A stretch of DNA of 64,000 nt from Candidatus Amesbacteria bacterium (lineage in GTDB: Bacteria > Patescibacteriota > Microgenomatia > CAZETR01 > Amesbacteraceae): positions 334,663 through 398,662 of the forward strand of contig CAVTQH010000002.1 in the NCBI GenBank assembly GCA_963736875.1, read 5' to 3'. The notes beneath the pieces were generated by a model. That model made no database searches. It had not been told where the DNA came from and saw only the letters and a list, made by a program, of their open reading frames with translations. Shown here piece by piece: positions 9,597-18,279 of this stretch. Position numbers and translations under genes: made by a program. The stretch's first letter is position 1. The number at the start of each line of letters is the position of its first letter.

Positions 9597-11333
9597 ATGT
9601 TTAAACAAAAAATAATCAATATATTGTCAGCCTTGCCGCTGAAATTTAACCGGCTTAAGGTTTTTTGCCGGGAAAATAATTTCAATAAATTAACTATGAC
9701 GGCAGTGCTGGTCGTATTGTTGGGGGTGGGAGTTGTTTTAACCAGGAACATCACCCGGTTATTCACCCGGGCTGTGGGTGAAACCGTGTCAGTTTATTTT
9801 GTACCTTCAAGTGCCACTCTTCCGCCTTCTGCCAGAGTCAGCATGATGCTGGACGCCAAATCCAACAGGATATTATTTACCCGGGTGGTACTGCAGTATG
9901 ATCCCGCCAAAGTGAATATTACGGGCAGTATCACTCCCGGGACGTCTTTGGGTCGGGCAGTTCTGGTAACGGATACGGCTACAGCCAACGCTACCGGCAG
10001 GGCGGTAATCGTCTTGGGGACAGCTCCTTCCGCATCCCCGCCGACGGGAATATTTGAAGTAGCCAGTTTCAGTTTGGTTGCGGTTTCCGGTCTTCCCAAC
10101 GATAGCAGCACCCTGAATTATGTCAGCTCGGAGATGGAAATTACCGAAAAAAGTGAGATTGATTTGCCTATCAGTGTAACGCCGGTTCAACTTGTACTGA
10201 ATCCCGTAAACCCCACCCAGACACCTGTTCCCAGCCTGACTCCCAGACCTACTTCCACTCCCGGACCGACTACAGGACCGGTGCCCACATCAGTGCCGGT
10301 CCCGACAGTTCCGCCTCCCGGAGGTCAGACCCTGATCTTTACACCTACTGACGATGCGGTTATATATGCCAGTAATCCGAATGCCAATGCCGGAAACGGA
10401 ATAGCCGTCAGGATAGACAATTCCCCGGTGGAGCATACCGTGATGAAATTTACCGTTTCCGGAGTCAGCGGCCGGACGGTCACGTCAGCCAAGCTCCGGC
10501 TGTACAACACCCAGGTTTCGGTATTCGGGGGTTCCTTCTACAAAGCTGCCGGTACCTGGACCCAATCCTCGGTCACCTGGAACAACGCTCCCCAGATATC
10601 AAATCTCATCACCTCTTTGGGAGCAGTCGGTTCGGGCAAGTGGTATGAAGTTGATATGACTTCTTACATAATTGCAGACGGCACCTACTCTTTGAGGATT
10701 ACCTCAAATACCGGTGACGGGGCTGACTACTCTTCCAGGGAAGGCAGTAATCCTCCCCAGCTGGTGGTTACCGTTTCCGGACCGACTACAGAACCGGTGC
10801 CCACATCCACACCGATAATATTACCTACAAACTATCCCACATCAGTGCCGGTCCCGACAGTTCCGCCTCCCGGAGGTCAGACCCTGACCTTTACACCTAC
10901 GGACGATGCGGTTATATATGCCAGTAATCCGAATGCCAATGCCGGAAACGGAATAGCCGTCAGGATAGACAATTCCCCGGTGGAGCATACCGTGATGAAA
11001 TTTACCGTTTCCGGAGTCAGCGGCCGGACGGTCACGTCAGCCAAGCTCCGGCTGTACAACACCCAGGTTTCGGTATTCGGGGGTTCCTTCTACAAAGCTG
11101 CCGGTACCTGGACCCAATCCTCGGTCACCTGGAACAACGCTCCCCAGATATCAAATCTCATCACCTCCCTGGGAGCAGTCGGTTCGGGCAAGTGGTATGA
11201 AGTTGATATGACTTCTTACATAATTGCAGACGGCACCTACTCTTTGAGGATTACCTCAAATACCGGTGACGGGGCTGACTACTCTTCCAGGGAAGGCAGT
11301 AATCCCCCTCAGCTGGTGGTCACTTTAGAGTGA
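9597..11333 (+). CDS. secreted protein: cohesin-like N-terminal domain + two tandem CBM/DNRLRE-like modules
   Basis: 578 aa with an N-terminal TM/signal segment. Residues about 60-190 resemble a cohesin (VSVYFVP...RVVLQYDPAKVNITG). A ~165-aa module follows, with motifs IAVRIDNS, VMKFTVSG, AKLRLYN and VTWNNAP. It occurs twice and is nearly identical at the DNA level. Confidence 0.75.
   Translation: MFKQKIINILSALPLKFNRLKVFCRENNFNKLTMTAVLVVLLGVGVVLTRNITRLFTRAVGETVSVYFVPSSATLPPSARVSMMLDAKSNRILFTRVVLQYDPAKVNITGSITPGTSLGRAVLVTDTATANATGRAVIVLGTAPSASPPTGIFEVASFSLVAVSGLPNDSSTLNYVSSEMEITEKSEIDLPISVTPVQLVLNPVNPTQTPVPSLTPRPTSTPGPTTGPVPTSVPVPTVPPPGGQTLIFTPTDDAVIYASNPNANAGNGIAVRIDNSPVEHTVMKFTVSGVSGRTVTSAKLRLYNTQVSVFGGSFYKAAGTWTQSSVTWNNAPQISNLITSLGAVGSGKWYEVDMTSYIIADGTYSLRITSNTGDGADYSSREGSNPPQLVVTVSGPTTEPVPTSTPIILPTNYPTSVPVPTVPPPGGQTLTFTPTDDAVIYASNPNANAGNGIAVRIDNSPVEHTVMKFTVSGVSGRTVTSAKLRLYNTQVSVFGGSFYKAAGTWTQSSVTWNNAPQISNLITSLGAVGSGKWYEVDMTSYIIADGTYSLRITSNTGDGADYSSREGSNPPQLVVTLE
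10261..11331 (+). repeat. tandem direct duplication (2 x ~552 bp, ~99% identical) inside CDS
   Basis: The sequence starting cccacatcagtgccggtcccgacag at 10284 recurs at 10836. Only a handful of substitutions separate the copies. The identical minus-strand ORFs 10325..10510 and 10877..11062 are shadows of this repeat. Confidence 0.9.
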
Positions 11334-11420
11334 TTTCTCTGATGGTAGTGAATTATTTGGGGATTTGATTGCCGAACACAAATAAGCTCAAGACATAGGC
11401 CTTATTTAGTATAATAAGCC

Positions 11421-11765
11421 ATGGCGGTGGAATACCATATTTGTCTTACCATCCGTCCGGACCGGGAAGAGGAACTGGTATCTTTATCCCGTGTCCACTC
11501 CCGGTTCGTTTCCCGCTCCCCAGGCCGAAGCGCTTGGTTATATGACGCTCAAAACAGAACTTTGCATCATACCGTCGGCGGTGAACGGACGTTGTTAACC
11601 CGGATTACCAACAATTATGTATCCGGCAGACTTTTAGACATTGACCAGCTGGGACCGGACTCCCTTAATGTGGCTATTGTCGTTGATAAATCCGAACTGG
11701 AACGTCTTGAATCCGATACCGACCACTTCCTAATAAGCGCTCTTATTTCCTATCCATGTATATGA
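11421..11765 (+). CDS. hypothetical protein
   Basis: 114-aa ORF. TATAAT lies immediately upstream at about 11408. No recognisable motifs. Confidence 0.35.
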   Translation: MAVEYHICLTIRPDREEELVSLSRVHSRFVSRSPGRSAWLYDAQNRTLHHTVGGERTLLTRITNNYVSGRLLDIDQLGPDSLNVAIVVDKSELERLESDTDHFLISALISYPCI

Positions 11766-11786
11766 TATAGTCGCCCGGAAATATTT

Positions 11787-12623
11787 ATGCCGACTGCAGA
11801 AAATGTTCATGGATTTGGTATAGCCGGTTTACCGGTAGCCGAAAGTTATGACACCCGGATTAACGGAAAGTCCATAGCTGCGCATTTTGACCGGTTGGTA
11901 AAGGACACACGGACATCGCCATTCAATGAATATTTTGATGAAACACTCCTGGATCTTTTAAGCAGGTTGGAAATACCTCAGGATTTCACCATGCTTGATA
12001 TAGGCTGCGGAAATGGTAAAACTTTAGCCCGGATCAGCCGCGATTTTACCCCTCGTCCCGGCAAACTTATGGGGTTTGATGTGTCACGGGAGATGGTATC
12101 AATTGCCGGAAGCAATTACCCGTTTCTCGAAATTTCAGGCGGTGACATGAGGAATATATTACCGGAAAGGGATAAGATAGCCGATGTCATTACCAGTGTA
12201 AATACAATTCATTACCTCCCGACACTAAAAGATGTAGCCGAAACTTACGATACAGCATTTCGGTTGCTTAAGCCGGGTGGATGGTACATTCTGGTTACGG
12301 GTGATCAGGCATCAACTTCCCGGTGGCGAGACATGTCGTTGGACCAATTTCATGAATGGATCGCCGATGGTCGTAAACCCATGGATTGGTCAATGCCTGA
12401 TAGCGAGGGCCGGCCGGTTTTTCGTATGCAATTTTATCCGTATCTGAATGAGGAGCATAAGTCTGCCCTGGAGACAGCCGGTTTTAATCCCGTTAAGGAA
12501 TATAGACAGTACCCCCCAAGCCAAAACATTGCCGAACTTAACAAAAATGTATACGAACTTCTCAGTCAGGATCCGATTTTTGTTTTTTTTGTGGCCCAAA
12601 AACCAAGCCGATGGAATGTATAA
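11787..12623 (+). CDS. class I SAM-dependent methyltransferase (small-molecule type) with C-terminal extension
   Basis: Motif I LDIGCGNGK and the acidic motif II that follows. No DNA-methyltransferase motifs (no DPPY or PC). Confidence 0.7.
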   Translation: MPTAENVHGFGIAGLPVAESYDTRINGKSIAAHFDRLVKDTRTSPFNEYFDETLLDLLSRLEIPQDFTMLDIGCGNGKTLARISRDFTPRPGKLMGFDVSREMVSIAGSNYPFLEISGGDMRNILPERDKIADVITSVNTIHYLPTLKDVAETYDTAFRLLKPGGWYILVTGDQASTSRWRDMSLDQFHEWIADGRKPMDWSMPDSEGRPVFRMQFYPYLNEEHKSALETAGFNPVKEYRQYPPSQNIAELNKNVYELLSQDPIFVFFVAQKPSRWNV

Positions 12624-12632
12624 TCAAGATCA

Positions 12633-12902
12633 ATGGCTGACCTGAACGTACTGGAAAAAAGGATTAACGAACTGGAGAAGAGACTGTTCAGGCTTGAGGG
12701 TGACAAAGAGTGGATGGACGGGCTTTACAGGAAAGCCGAAGAGCTGGTTGTTAAAAATAATAAAGCCTCAGTAATATTCCTGCAGAGAAAATTGATGATC
12801 GATCTTGAAAGAGCTGCCGGACTGTTGGACAAGCTTGAATCAAACGGGATAATTGGACCGGCATTGGGGGTAGAACCGAGAAAAGTACTGGCTAAAAAGT
12901 AG
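12633..12902 (+). CDS. stand-alone FtsK gamma (winged-helix, KOPS-reading) domain protein with N-terminal coiled coil
   Basis: ASVIFLQRKLMIDLERAAGLLDKLESNGIIGPALGVEPRKVL closely matches the FtsK gamma consensus (AS...LQR...I...RAA.L.D.LE..GI.GP). The first 30 aa form a heptad coiled coil. Confidence 0.6.
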   Translation: MADLNVLEKRINELEKRLFRLEGDKEWMDGLYRKAEELVVKNNKASVIFLQRKLMIDLERAAGLLDKLESNGIIGPALGVEPRKVLAKK

Positions 12903-14199
12903 GAAGCGAAAATTCTTCCGTATGAATATGTGAATTCTTCACTTTTTTTATATGAAGCTGTTTTTTCATAGCTACCATCAGAGCGGTGGGACCGCATACG
13001 AATATTTCCCGGTCGGAAAAATCCTTAACGTCGCCGGCTATCGTTTCCACAGTCAACCTCCCTTTTTTTGCTGACAGATGCAGGTGGAATTTGAATTCAG
13101 GGTTGATGGCAGCAATTTGCTCAAATATATCCCTGTATACAGCCTCTTCGGTATCTTTCACGCTGTAATAAAAATCCACAGAAAATCCCTCGTGCATTTC
13201 CAGACTTTTTGCCAAAGACACAAACGGAGTTACCCCTATCCCCCCGGCTATCCAAATCTGTTTTTTATACGGGTAAAACTTATAACTGAATCGGCCGAAT
13301 GCACCCTCCACTAACACCGGCACCCCGGGTTTTAAAAGCTTTAATGTTTCCGTAAAGTCGCCTAATGCTTTGACTCCTACAGTGAGCGTTGTTTCACCTT
13401 CGGCACAGGTTAATGAAAACGGATGGGACTGGTGCGCCACTCCGCGGGAACTTGGTAGGATATAAATAAACTGCCCGGCCGCATAGTCTATCCCGCCTCC
13501 CAGTCCCGGGGTGATTGAAATTTCAAGTACATCCCTGGTCAGGTTTTTAATTCCGGTGACGATATATGCTTTTTTCGGTACTAACCACTGATTAAGCAAT
13601 GTCCTGTATGTGTAGCTGACAAGAGCGGCTCCGGCTAACACTAAAAGATAAACTTTTAATGCTGGAGACAGAGCCAGCGTGCTTCCGATCAGAAATACAT
13701 GCAGGCTGGCTAAAATAAACGCCAGTCCCAGGTACTGGTGGGTTTTTTTCCAAAAGTCATATTCCAGCTTTACAAAAAGCGTCAGCACCAACAACAAAAT
13801 CATAAGTAATAGGGCAATAATTCCCAAGTACACAGGTAAATTCTGCACATCCGGCCATAATAAATTTACAGCAGCCGGTAGGGAAATGGACGCATAAGAC
13901 AATGTAATCAGTAGCGGGTGGTAAAGGATGAGCACAAAAGCGGTCGCTCCCGTCAGGTGGTGCCAAATATATGCCCGGGGTAATCCGGCGAAAACCGGTT
14001 CGATTACTTTTAGCCGCGCAGAAATTACAAAATTAAGACAATACAGACAATATCCGATCAAAGCTGTCGCTTGCCCCAGCGCCAGACTTGCTCGTGAAAA
14101 AGTAGAAAAATTTGCATGAGACCACCACCAAAAAAGCGGTATTATGGCCAGTATGCTTAAAATTACCGGCCCGGTTCTCCCGATATATTTTGTCATCAC
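12892..14199 (-). CDS. ferric-reductase-like transmembrane oxidoreductase with FAD/NAD(P)-binding domain (NOX/FRE family)
   Basis: Six TM helices carrying His pairs. FAD motif HPFSL. NAD motif GGIGVTPF. C-terminal CGP motif. Confidence 0.75.
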   Translation of the reverse strand: MMTKYIGRTGPVILSILAIIPLFWWWSHANFSTFSRASLALGQATALIGYCLYCLNFVISARLKVIEPVFAGLPRAYIWHHLTGATAFVLILYHPLLITLSYASISLPAAVNLLWPDVQNLPVYLGIIALLLMILLLVLTLFVKLEYDFWKKTHQYLGLAFILASLHVFLIGSTLALSPALKVYLLVLAGAALVSYTYRTLLNQWLVPKKAYIVTGIKNLTRDVLEISITPGLGGGIDYAAGQFIYILPSSRGVAHQSHPFSLTCAEGETTLTVGVKALGDFTETLKLLKPGVPVLVEGAFGRFSYKFYPYKKQIWIAGGIGVTPFVSLAKSLEMHEGFSVDFYYSVKDTEEAVYRDIFEQIAAINPEFKFHLHLSAKKGRLTVETIAGDVKDFSDREIFVCGPTALMVAMKKQLHIKKVKNSHIHTEEFSLPTF

Positions 14200-14314
14200 C
14201 GGATTATTATATAATGATAACTTCTGTACAGATGAAATCCGTCAAAATCATTACTGCTGTTTCTTTATCCGTCTTCATAGTTACTCAAGCAGGTATATTG
14301 ACGAAACAATACTG

Positions 14315-14890
14315 ATGACTGCCAGAACACATGATATGTTTGCTTTGGCCTCCCTTGTTACGGTGGCTAACTATTTTCCCCCTCCATCGCTCAAGCTCGC
14401 CACCGTGGTTGCTTGTCTGGTTGGTTGTATTGTCGGATCACTTGTTCCGGATATGGATCAGGCAACCAACCGTCTTTGGGATCTCGTTCCCGGAGGGGAT
14501 TTTACCGGAAAAATATTCAAGAAATTCTTATTAAGTCATCGGACCTTATCCCACTCGCTTTTAGGTACCTACCTGTTTTACTTGCTACTTAATTGGTTAA
14601 TCCCTAAAGTATTCAATCCCCAATTTGTAGATCCCCGGATGGTCATATATTCGATAATGATTGGATTTGTTTCTCATTTATTAGCAGATAGTCTGACTAC
14701 TGAAGGTTTACCTTTGTTTTTTCCGCTTGGTTTTAAAATCGGTTTTCCGCCGTTTGCATCCTTACGCATAAAAACCGGCAGCTGGATCGAAAACCTGATC
14801 TTTTTTCCCGGGATAATAATTTATCTTTTTATTTTTGCAGCTGCATATCAAAATCAATTAATTATTTTATTGAAATCCGTTATAAGTTGA
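14315..14890 (+). CDS. membrane-bound metal-dependent hydrolase, DUF457/YdjM-like
   Basis: His/Asp-rich TM helices (HDMFA, PDMDQ, SHSLL, SHLLADS). The start is moved to the internal ATG at 14315 to avoid overlap with the convergent upstream gene. Confidence 0.5.
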   Translation: MTARTHDMFALASLVTVANYFPPPSLKLATVVACLVGCIVGSLVPDMDQATNRLWDLVPGGDFTGKIFKKFLLSHRTLSHSLLGTYLFYLLLNWLIPKVFNPQFVDPRMVIYSIMIGFVSHLLADSLTTEGLPLFFPLGFKIGFPPFASLRIKTGSWIENLIFFPGIIIYLFIFAAAYQNQLIILLKSVIS

Positions 14891-14930
14891 CAAATATTAT
14901 TTATACCTGTGTTAGAATAAATCAGGAAAC

Positions 14931-15431
14931 ATGGACAAAAAGACATTAATTATCTTAATAATCGTTTTGATAGCGTTTGTCGTCGGCGGTGTCTATTTTT
15001 ATAAGCCGTCCAAACCCAATCCCCAACCCCTTCCTTCTCCTGTTCCTACCGAACAACCGATTTTAGGAGGCGATCGTGATGAGCACGGGTGTATCGGTTC
15101 AGCCGGGTACAGCTGGTGTGAAGCTAAAAGTAAATGTATCCGGATTTGGGAGGAGGATTGTAATTCCCGGGAGGCAATACAAAAAGCTCTGGCTGAAAAG
15201 GAAAAACAACCTGTTTCTGAAACTTTCATCAGAGTTAACCATGAGAACGCCGGATACGCTTCGGGCGGGGTCTCTTTCGGAGCCGAAAATGCTCCGGGTG
15301 GGGTGTTTTTGGCAGCCAAAATAAATAATAATTGGCAGATTGTCTTTGCCGGAAACGGCAGCATCAATTGTCCCGAGATCAAAAAGCTTTACGAATTTCC
15401 CCCGGAAATGCTTCAGAATTTCTGCGACTAG
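14931..15431 (+). CDS. hypothetical secreted Cys-containing protein
   Basis: N-terminal TM/signal segment then a PQP linker. Contains 6 Cys. Confidence 0.45.
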   Translation: MDKKTLIILIIVLIAFVVGGVYFYKPSKPNPQPLPSPVPTEQPILGGDRDEHGCIGSAGYSWCEAKSKCIRIWEEDCNSREAIQKALAEKEKQPVSETFIRVNHENAGYASGGVSFGAENAPGGVFLAAKINNNWQIVFAGNGSINCPEIKKLYEFPPEMLQNFCD

Positions 15432-15469
15432 TTCTTGACGCTACCTATAATCATCGGATAATAGAATAA

Positions 15470-17176
15470 GTGGACCCGAACGGAGTCGGAAAATACATTT
15501 CAGACAGCCTGAAGACAGGTAAATCAAAATCAGAAATATCGGGTGCCCTGCGCACCAGCGGCTGGAAAGAAGAAGATATCACTTTGGCTTTTAATCAGGC
15601 AGATAGCCAATTTACCGTTCAAAGTGGGGTAGAATTTGAAGGTAGATTTTTAGGTCCGGTAGAGCTTCTAAAAATATCTTGGAAATTATATACAGACAGA
15701 TTCTGGACTTTGATGGGAATTTGGTTGCTTCCGTTTATGATTTTTACTGCCATAGGTATTTTATTTACTGTTTTTAGATCAGCTTTTTTGTCATCTGCTG
15801 GTGGAATACTTTTTACCTCTTTATCCATTCTGGTTTTTATTTGGGGAATTATTTTTTCACCCTGGCAATCTATGGCTCTGATTTACGCCATAATTGGGGC
15901 TGAAAATAAAGCAGGTATTAAAGATTCTTTTATCAACACCCGTTCTAAAATCTTATCCTACTGGAGGATGTTTATTTTACAGGGGGCAATATTGTGGGGA
16001 ACGTGTTTACTGTTTTTCATCCCCGGTTTGATTTTTGCCGTATGGACCTCGTTTTCCTATTACATTTTGGTAGCCGAGGATCTTAGGGGTATGAACATTT
16101 TGCTCAAAAGCCGCGAATATGTCAGAGGCCATTGGTGGGGGGTGGTCGGAAGAATGCTGGCATTGGGTATATTTATATTCTGTGGTCTTATCCCCGTATT
16201 AATTATTAGGAATGTTTTTACCGGCATCATTGATTCCAAATTACTTGGTACTTTTAATTCCCTTCTGAATTTGATTTTGGCTCCTCTTACTCCTCTGTTT
16301 TTGATTTACTCCTACGAAATCTACAGAAATTTGCGGGAACTGAAAGGTAATGTTGTTTTTGAGCCATCCATAAGCACCCGCAGATGGTGGACAGTATTCG
16401 GTATCCTGGGCATTTTAATAGCACCTTTATCATTATTAGCTACAATTATTTTAATAGGTATTAATCCCGGTAGACAGATGTCCTTATCGCGTGATACCAG
16501 ACGAAAAGCGGATTTATCAGCATTGAAGAACACCGTGGAGATGTACAAGATTGAGAAACACCAATATCCGGCGTCACTTAATGAGTTATCTCCTGATTAT
16601 TTTCAGGAATTGCCATCCGATCCACAAACGCATTTAGCTTATAAATATCAGCTATCAGCTGATGGGCGGAATTTCCTGCTGTGTGCTATCTTTGAGATTG
16701 GCGGAGAAGACTGTCTACAGTCAGATACTATACCCGGTGAAATACGGGACATTTTACCAATTCCCTCTCAAAACTTACCAGCTTCAACATCTCCATTACT
16801 TTCCGCTTCGCCTTATCCAACAGTTTCACCCAAGCCAATTAATCATTTTCAATCAGCCGGTGAACAAATAATCGAAACGGGGATTACTGCCCATATCACC
16901 AGTGCCGAAATTGAAGGGAATAAGATGGTAGTATCGATGATTTATCGGAATACGAGCACCTATCCGCAAAAAGTCGCTTCATTAAGAGTAGCTATGTATA
17001 GCAAATCATATGGTTCTCCCAGTACTCCGTCATATACGGATATTCCTCTATCCCCGGGACAAAGCAGGCAATTTACTTTATCCTTCGAAATCTTTTCAGA
17101 ACTTCCCCCCTACACTTTCCGATATGCCAAGCTGGAAGAGGCTCCGGCAGTGGTTTTAGGCACTTATTCGCCCTGA
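15470..17176 (+). CDS. polytopic membrane protein with internal pseudopilin (GspG-like) domain
   Basis: About 7 TM helices. RDTRRKADLSALKNTVEMYKIEKHQYPASLNEL resembles the GspG/type IV pilin fold motif ARDARRKADL...Y. No prepilin cleavage site is present. Confidence 0.55.
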   Translation: MDPNGVGKYISDSLKTGKSKSEISGALRTSGWKEEDITLAFNQADSQFTVQSGVEFEGRFLGPVELLKISWKLYTDRFWTLMGIWLLPFMIFTAIGILFTVFRSAFLSSAGGILFTSLSILVFIWGIIFSPWQSMALIYAIIGAENKAGIKDSFINTRSKILSYWRMFILQGAILWGTCLLFFIPGLIFAVWTSFSYYILVAEDLRGMNILLKSREYVRGHWWGVVGRMLALGIFIFCGLIPVLIIRNVFTGIIDSKLLGTFNSLLNLILAPLTPLFLIYSYEIYRNLRELKGNVVFEPSISTRRWWTVFGILGILIAPLSLLATIILIGINPGRQMSLSRDTRRKADLSALKNTVEMYKIEKHQYPASLNELSPDYFQELPSDPQTHLAYKYQLSADGRNFLLCAIFEIGGEDCLQSDTIPGEIRDILPIPSQNLPASTSPLLSASPYPTVSPKPINHFQSAGEQIIETGITAHITSAEIEGNKMVVSMIYRNTSTYPQKVASLRVAMYSKSYGSPSTPSYTDIPLSPGQSRQFTLSFEIFSELPPYTFRYAKLEEAPAVVLGTYSP

Positions 17177-17288
17177 AAGGTACTTATTGTACCAAAACCA
17201 ACAGTACCAGAAGTTTCATCGGAATTTCTTCCTGCGTCGACTTATAACATATTCTTCACCGAAATCCTGATAGCTATATAATGTTCTG

Positions 17289-18251
17289 ATGACCACGTGG
17301 CGAAAAATTAAGGAAAATCCGGATTTAATCCCTAAATACCTTATCCGGGAGAAAGTGATTGATACTATCAGGAATTTTTTTAAACAGCAGGGTTTTCATG
17401 AAGTCCAGACTCCGATTCTGGTACCCGTTCCCAGTGCCGAATCCAATCTTGAAGTATTCGAAACTGCCTTAACCACGGCTGCCGGTAAAAGCCGCCGGGC
17501 TTTTCTTATCCTAAGTCCGGAATATGCCCTGAAAAAACTGGTTTCCGCCGGTTTGGGTAATATTTTTGAAATCACCAGAAGCTTCAGAAACCTGGAGGAG
17601 GTGTCCCCCACCCACAATCCTGAATTTACCATGCTGGAATGGTACCGGGTGGGAGCGGATTACAGAAATATTATGGAAGATTTTGAAAATTTATTTTTAA
17701 AAATCATAGGCAAAAACAAAATGATCTATCAGAATGAGGAATACGATTTGAGCTTGCCGTGGCCCAGAATTAGTTTTTCCGAGGCTTTCAAAAAATATGC
17801 CGGAAAAAACCTCAAGGATGTTCCGGATGAAGATTTTTACCAGGTTTTTTTCAACGAAATTGAACCACAGCTTCGGGCCAGCCATAAACCCGCTTTTATT
17901 TATGATTACCCCGTCTCCCAGGCATCCCTTGCCCGAAAAAAATCGTCCGATCCGCGTTTTGCCGAGAGGTGGGAGGTTTTTATTGCCGGGATTGAATTGG
18001 GAAATTGTTTCTCGGAGTTAACCGACTGGAAAGAGCAGTCAGGACGGCTTAAGGCGGATATCAAAAAGCGTAAACGTCTGAAAAAAACAGCCTTTCCCGT
18101 GGATGCTGATTTTATTGACGCTTTGAAGTCCGGAATGCCTGAAACTGCCGGCATTGCCGTCGGAGTCGACAGGCTGGTCATGCTGGCTGCCGATACCGCC
18201 ACTGTTTCAGAAACCTTATTTTTCCCCGGGGACGAACTATTTGACCTCTGA
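17289..18251 (+). CDS. epmA: EF-P lysine-34 beta-lysyltransferase EpmA (PoxA/GenX; LysRS catalytic-core paralog)
   Basis: 320 aa with a class II aaRS core and no anticodon-binding domain. Motif 2 FRNLEE...HNPEFTMLEWY. Motif 3 GIAVGVDRLVML. Lies directly upstream of efp. Confidence 0.8.
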   Translation: MTTWRKIKENPDLIPKYLIREKVIDTIRNFFKQQGFHEVQTPILVPVPSAESNLEVFETALTTAAGKSRRAFLILSPEYALKKLVSAGLGNIFEITRSFRNLEEVSPTHNPEFTMLEWYRVGADYRNIMEDFENLFLKIIGKNKMIYQNEEYDLSLPWPRISFSEAFKKYAGKNLKDVPDEDFYQVFFNEIEPQLRASHKPAFIYDYPVSQASLARKKSSDPRFAERWEVFIAGIELGNCFSELTDWKEQSGRLKADIKKRKRLKKTAFPVDADFIDALKSGMPETAGIAVGVDRLVMLAADTATVSETLFFPGDELFDL

Positions 18252-18279
18252 AGTATTGGAGAATAAAATTAGTCTTCGT

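Noticed and set aside
10325-11062. Two identical 61-aa minus-strand ORFs (10325..10510 and 10877..11062)
   Set aside because: They are antisense copies produced by the 552-bp tandem repeat inside the + strand gene. They are not independent genes.
11787-12623. Methyltransferase as part of a restriction-modification system
   Set aside because: Its motifs are of the small-molecule class I type (LDIGCGNGK). It has no DPPY/PCQ DNA-methyltransferase motifs and no adjacent endonuclease.
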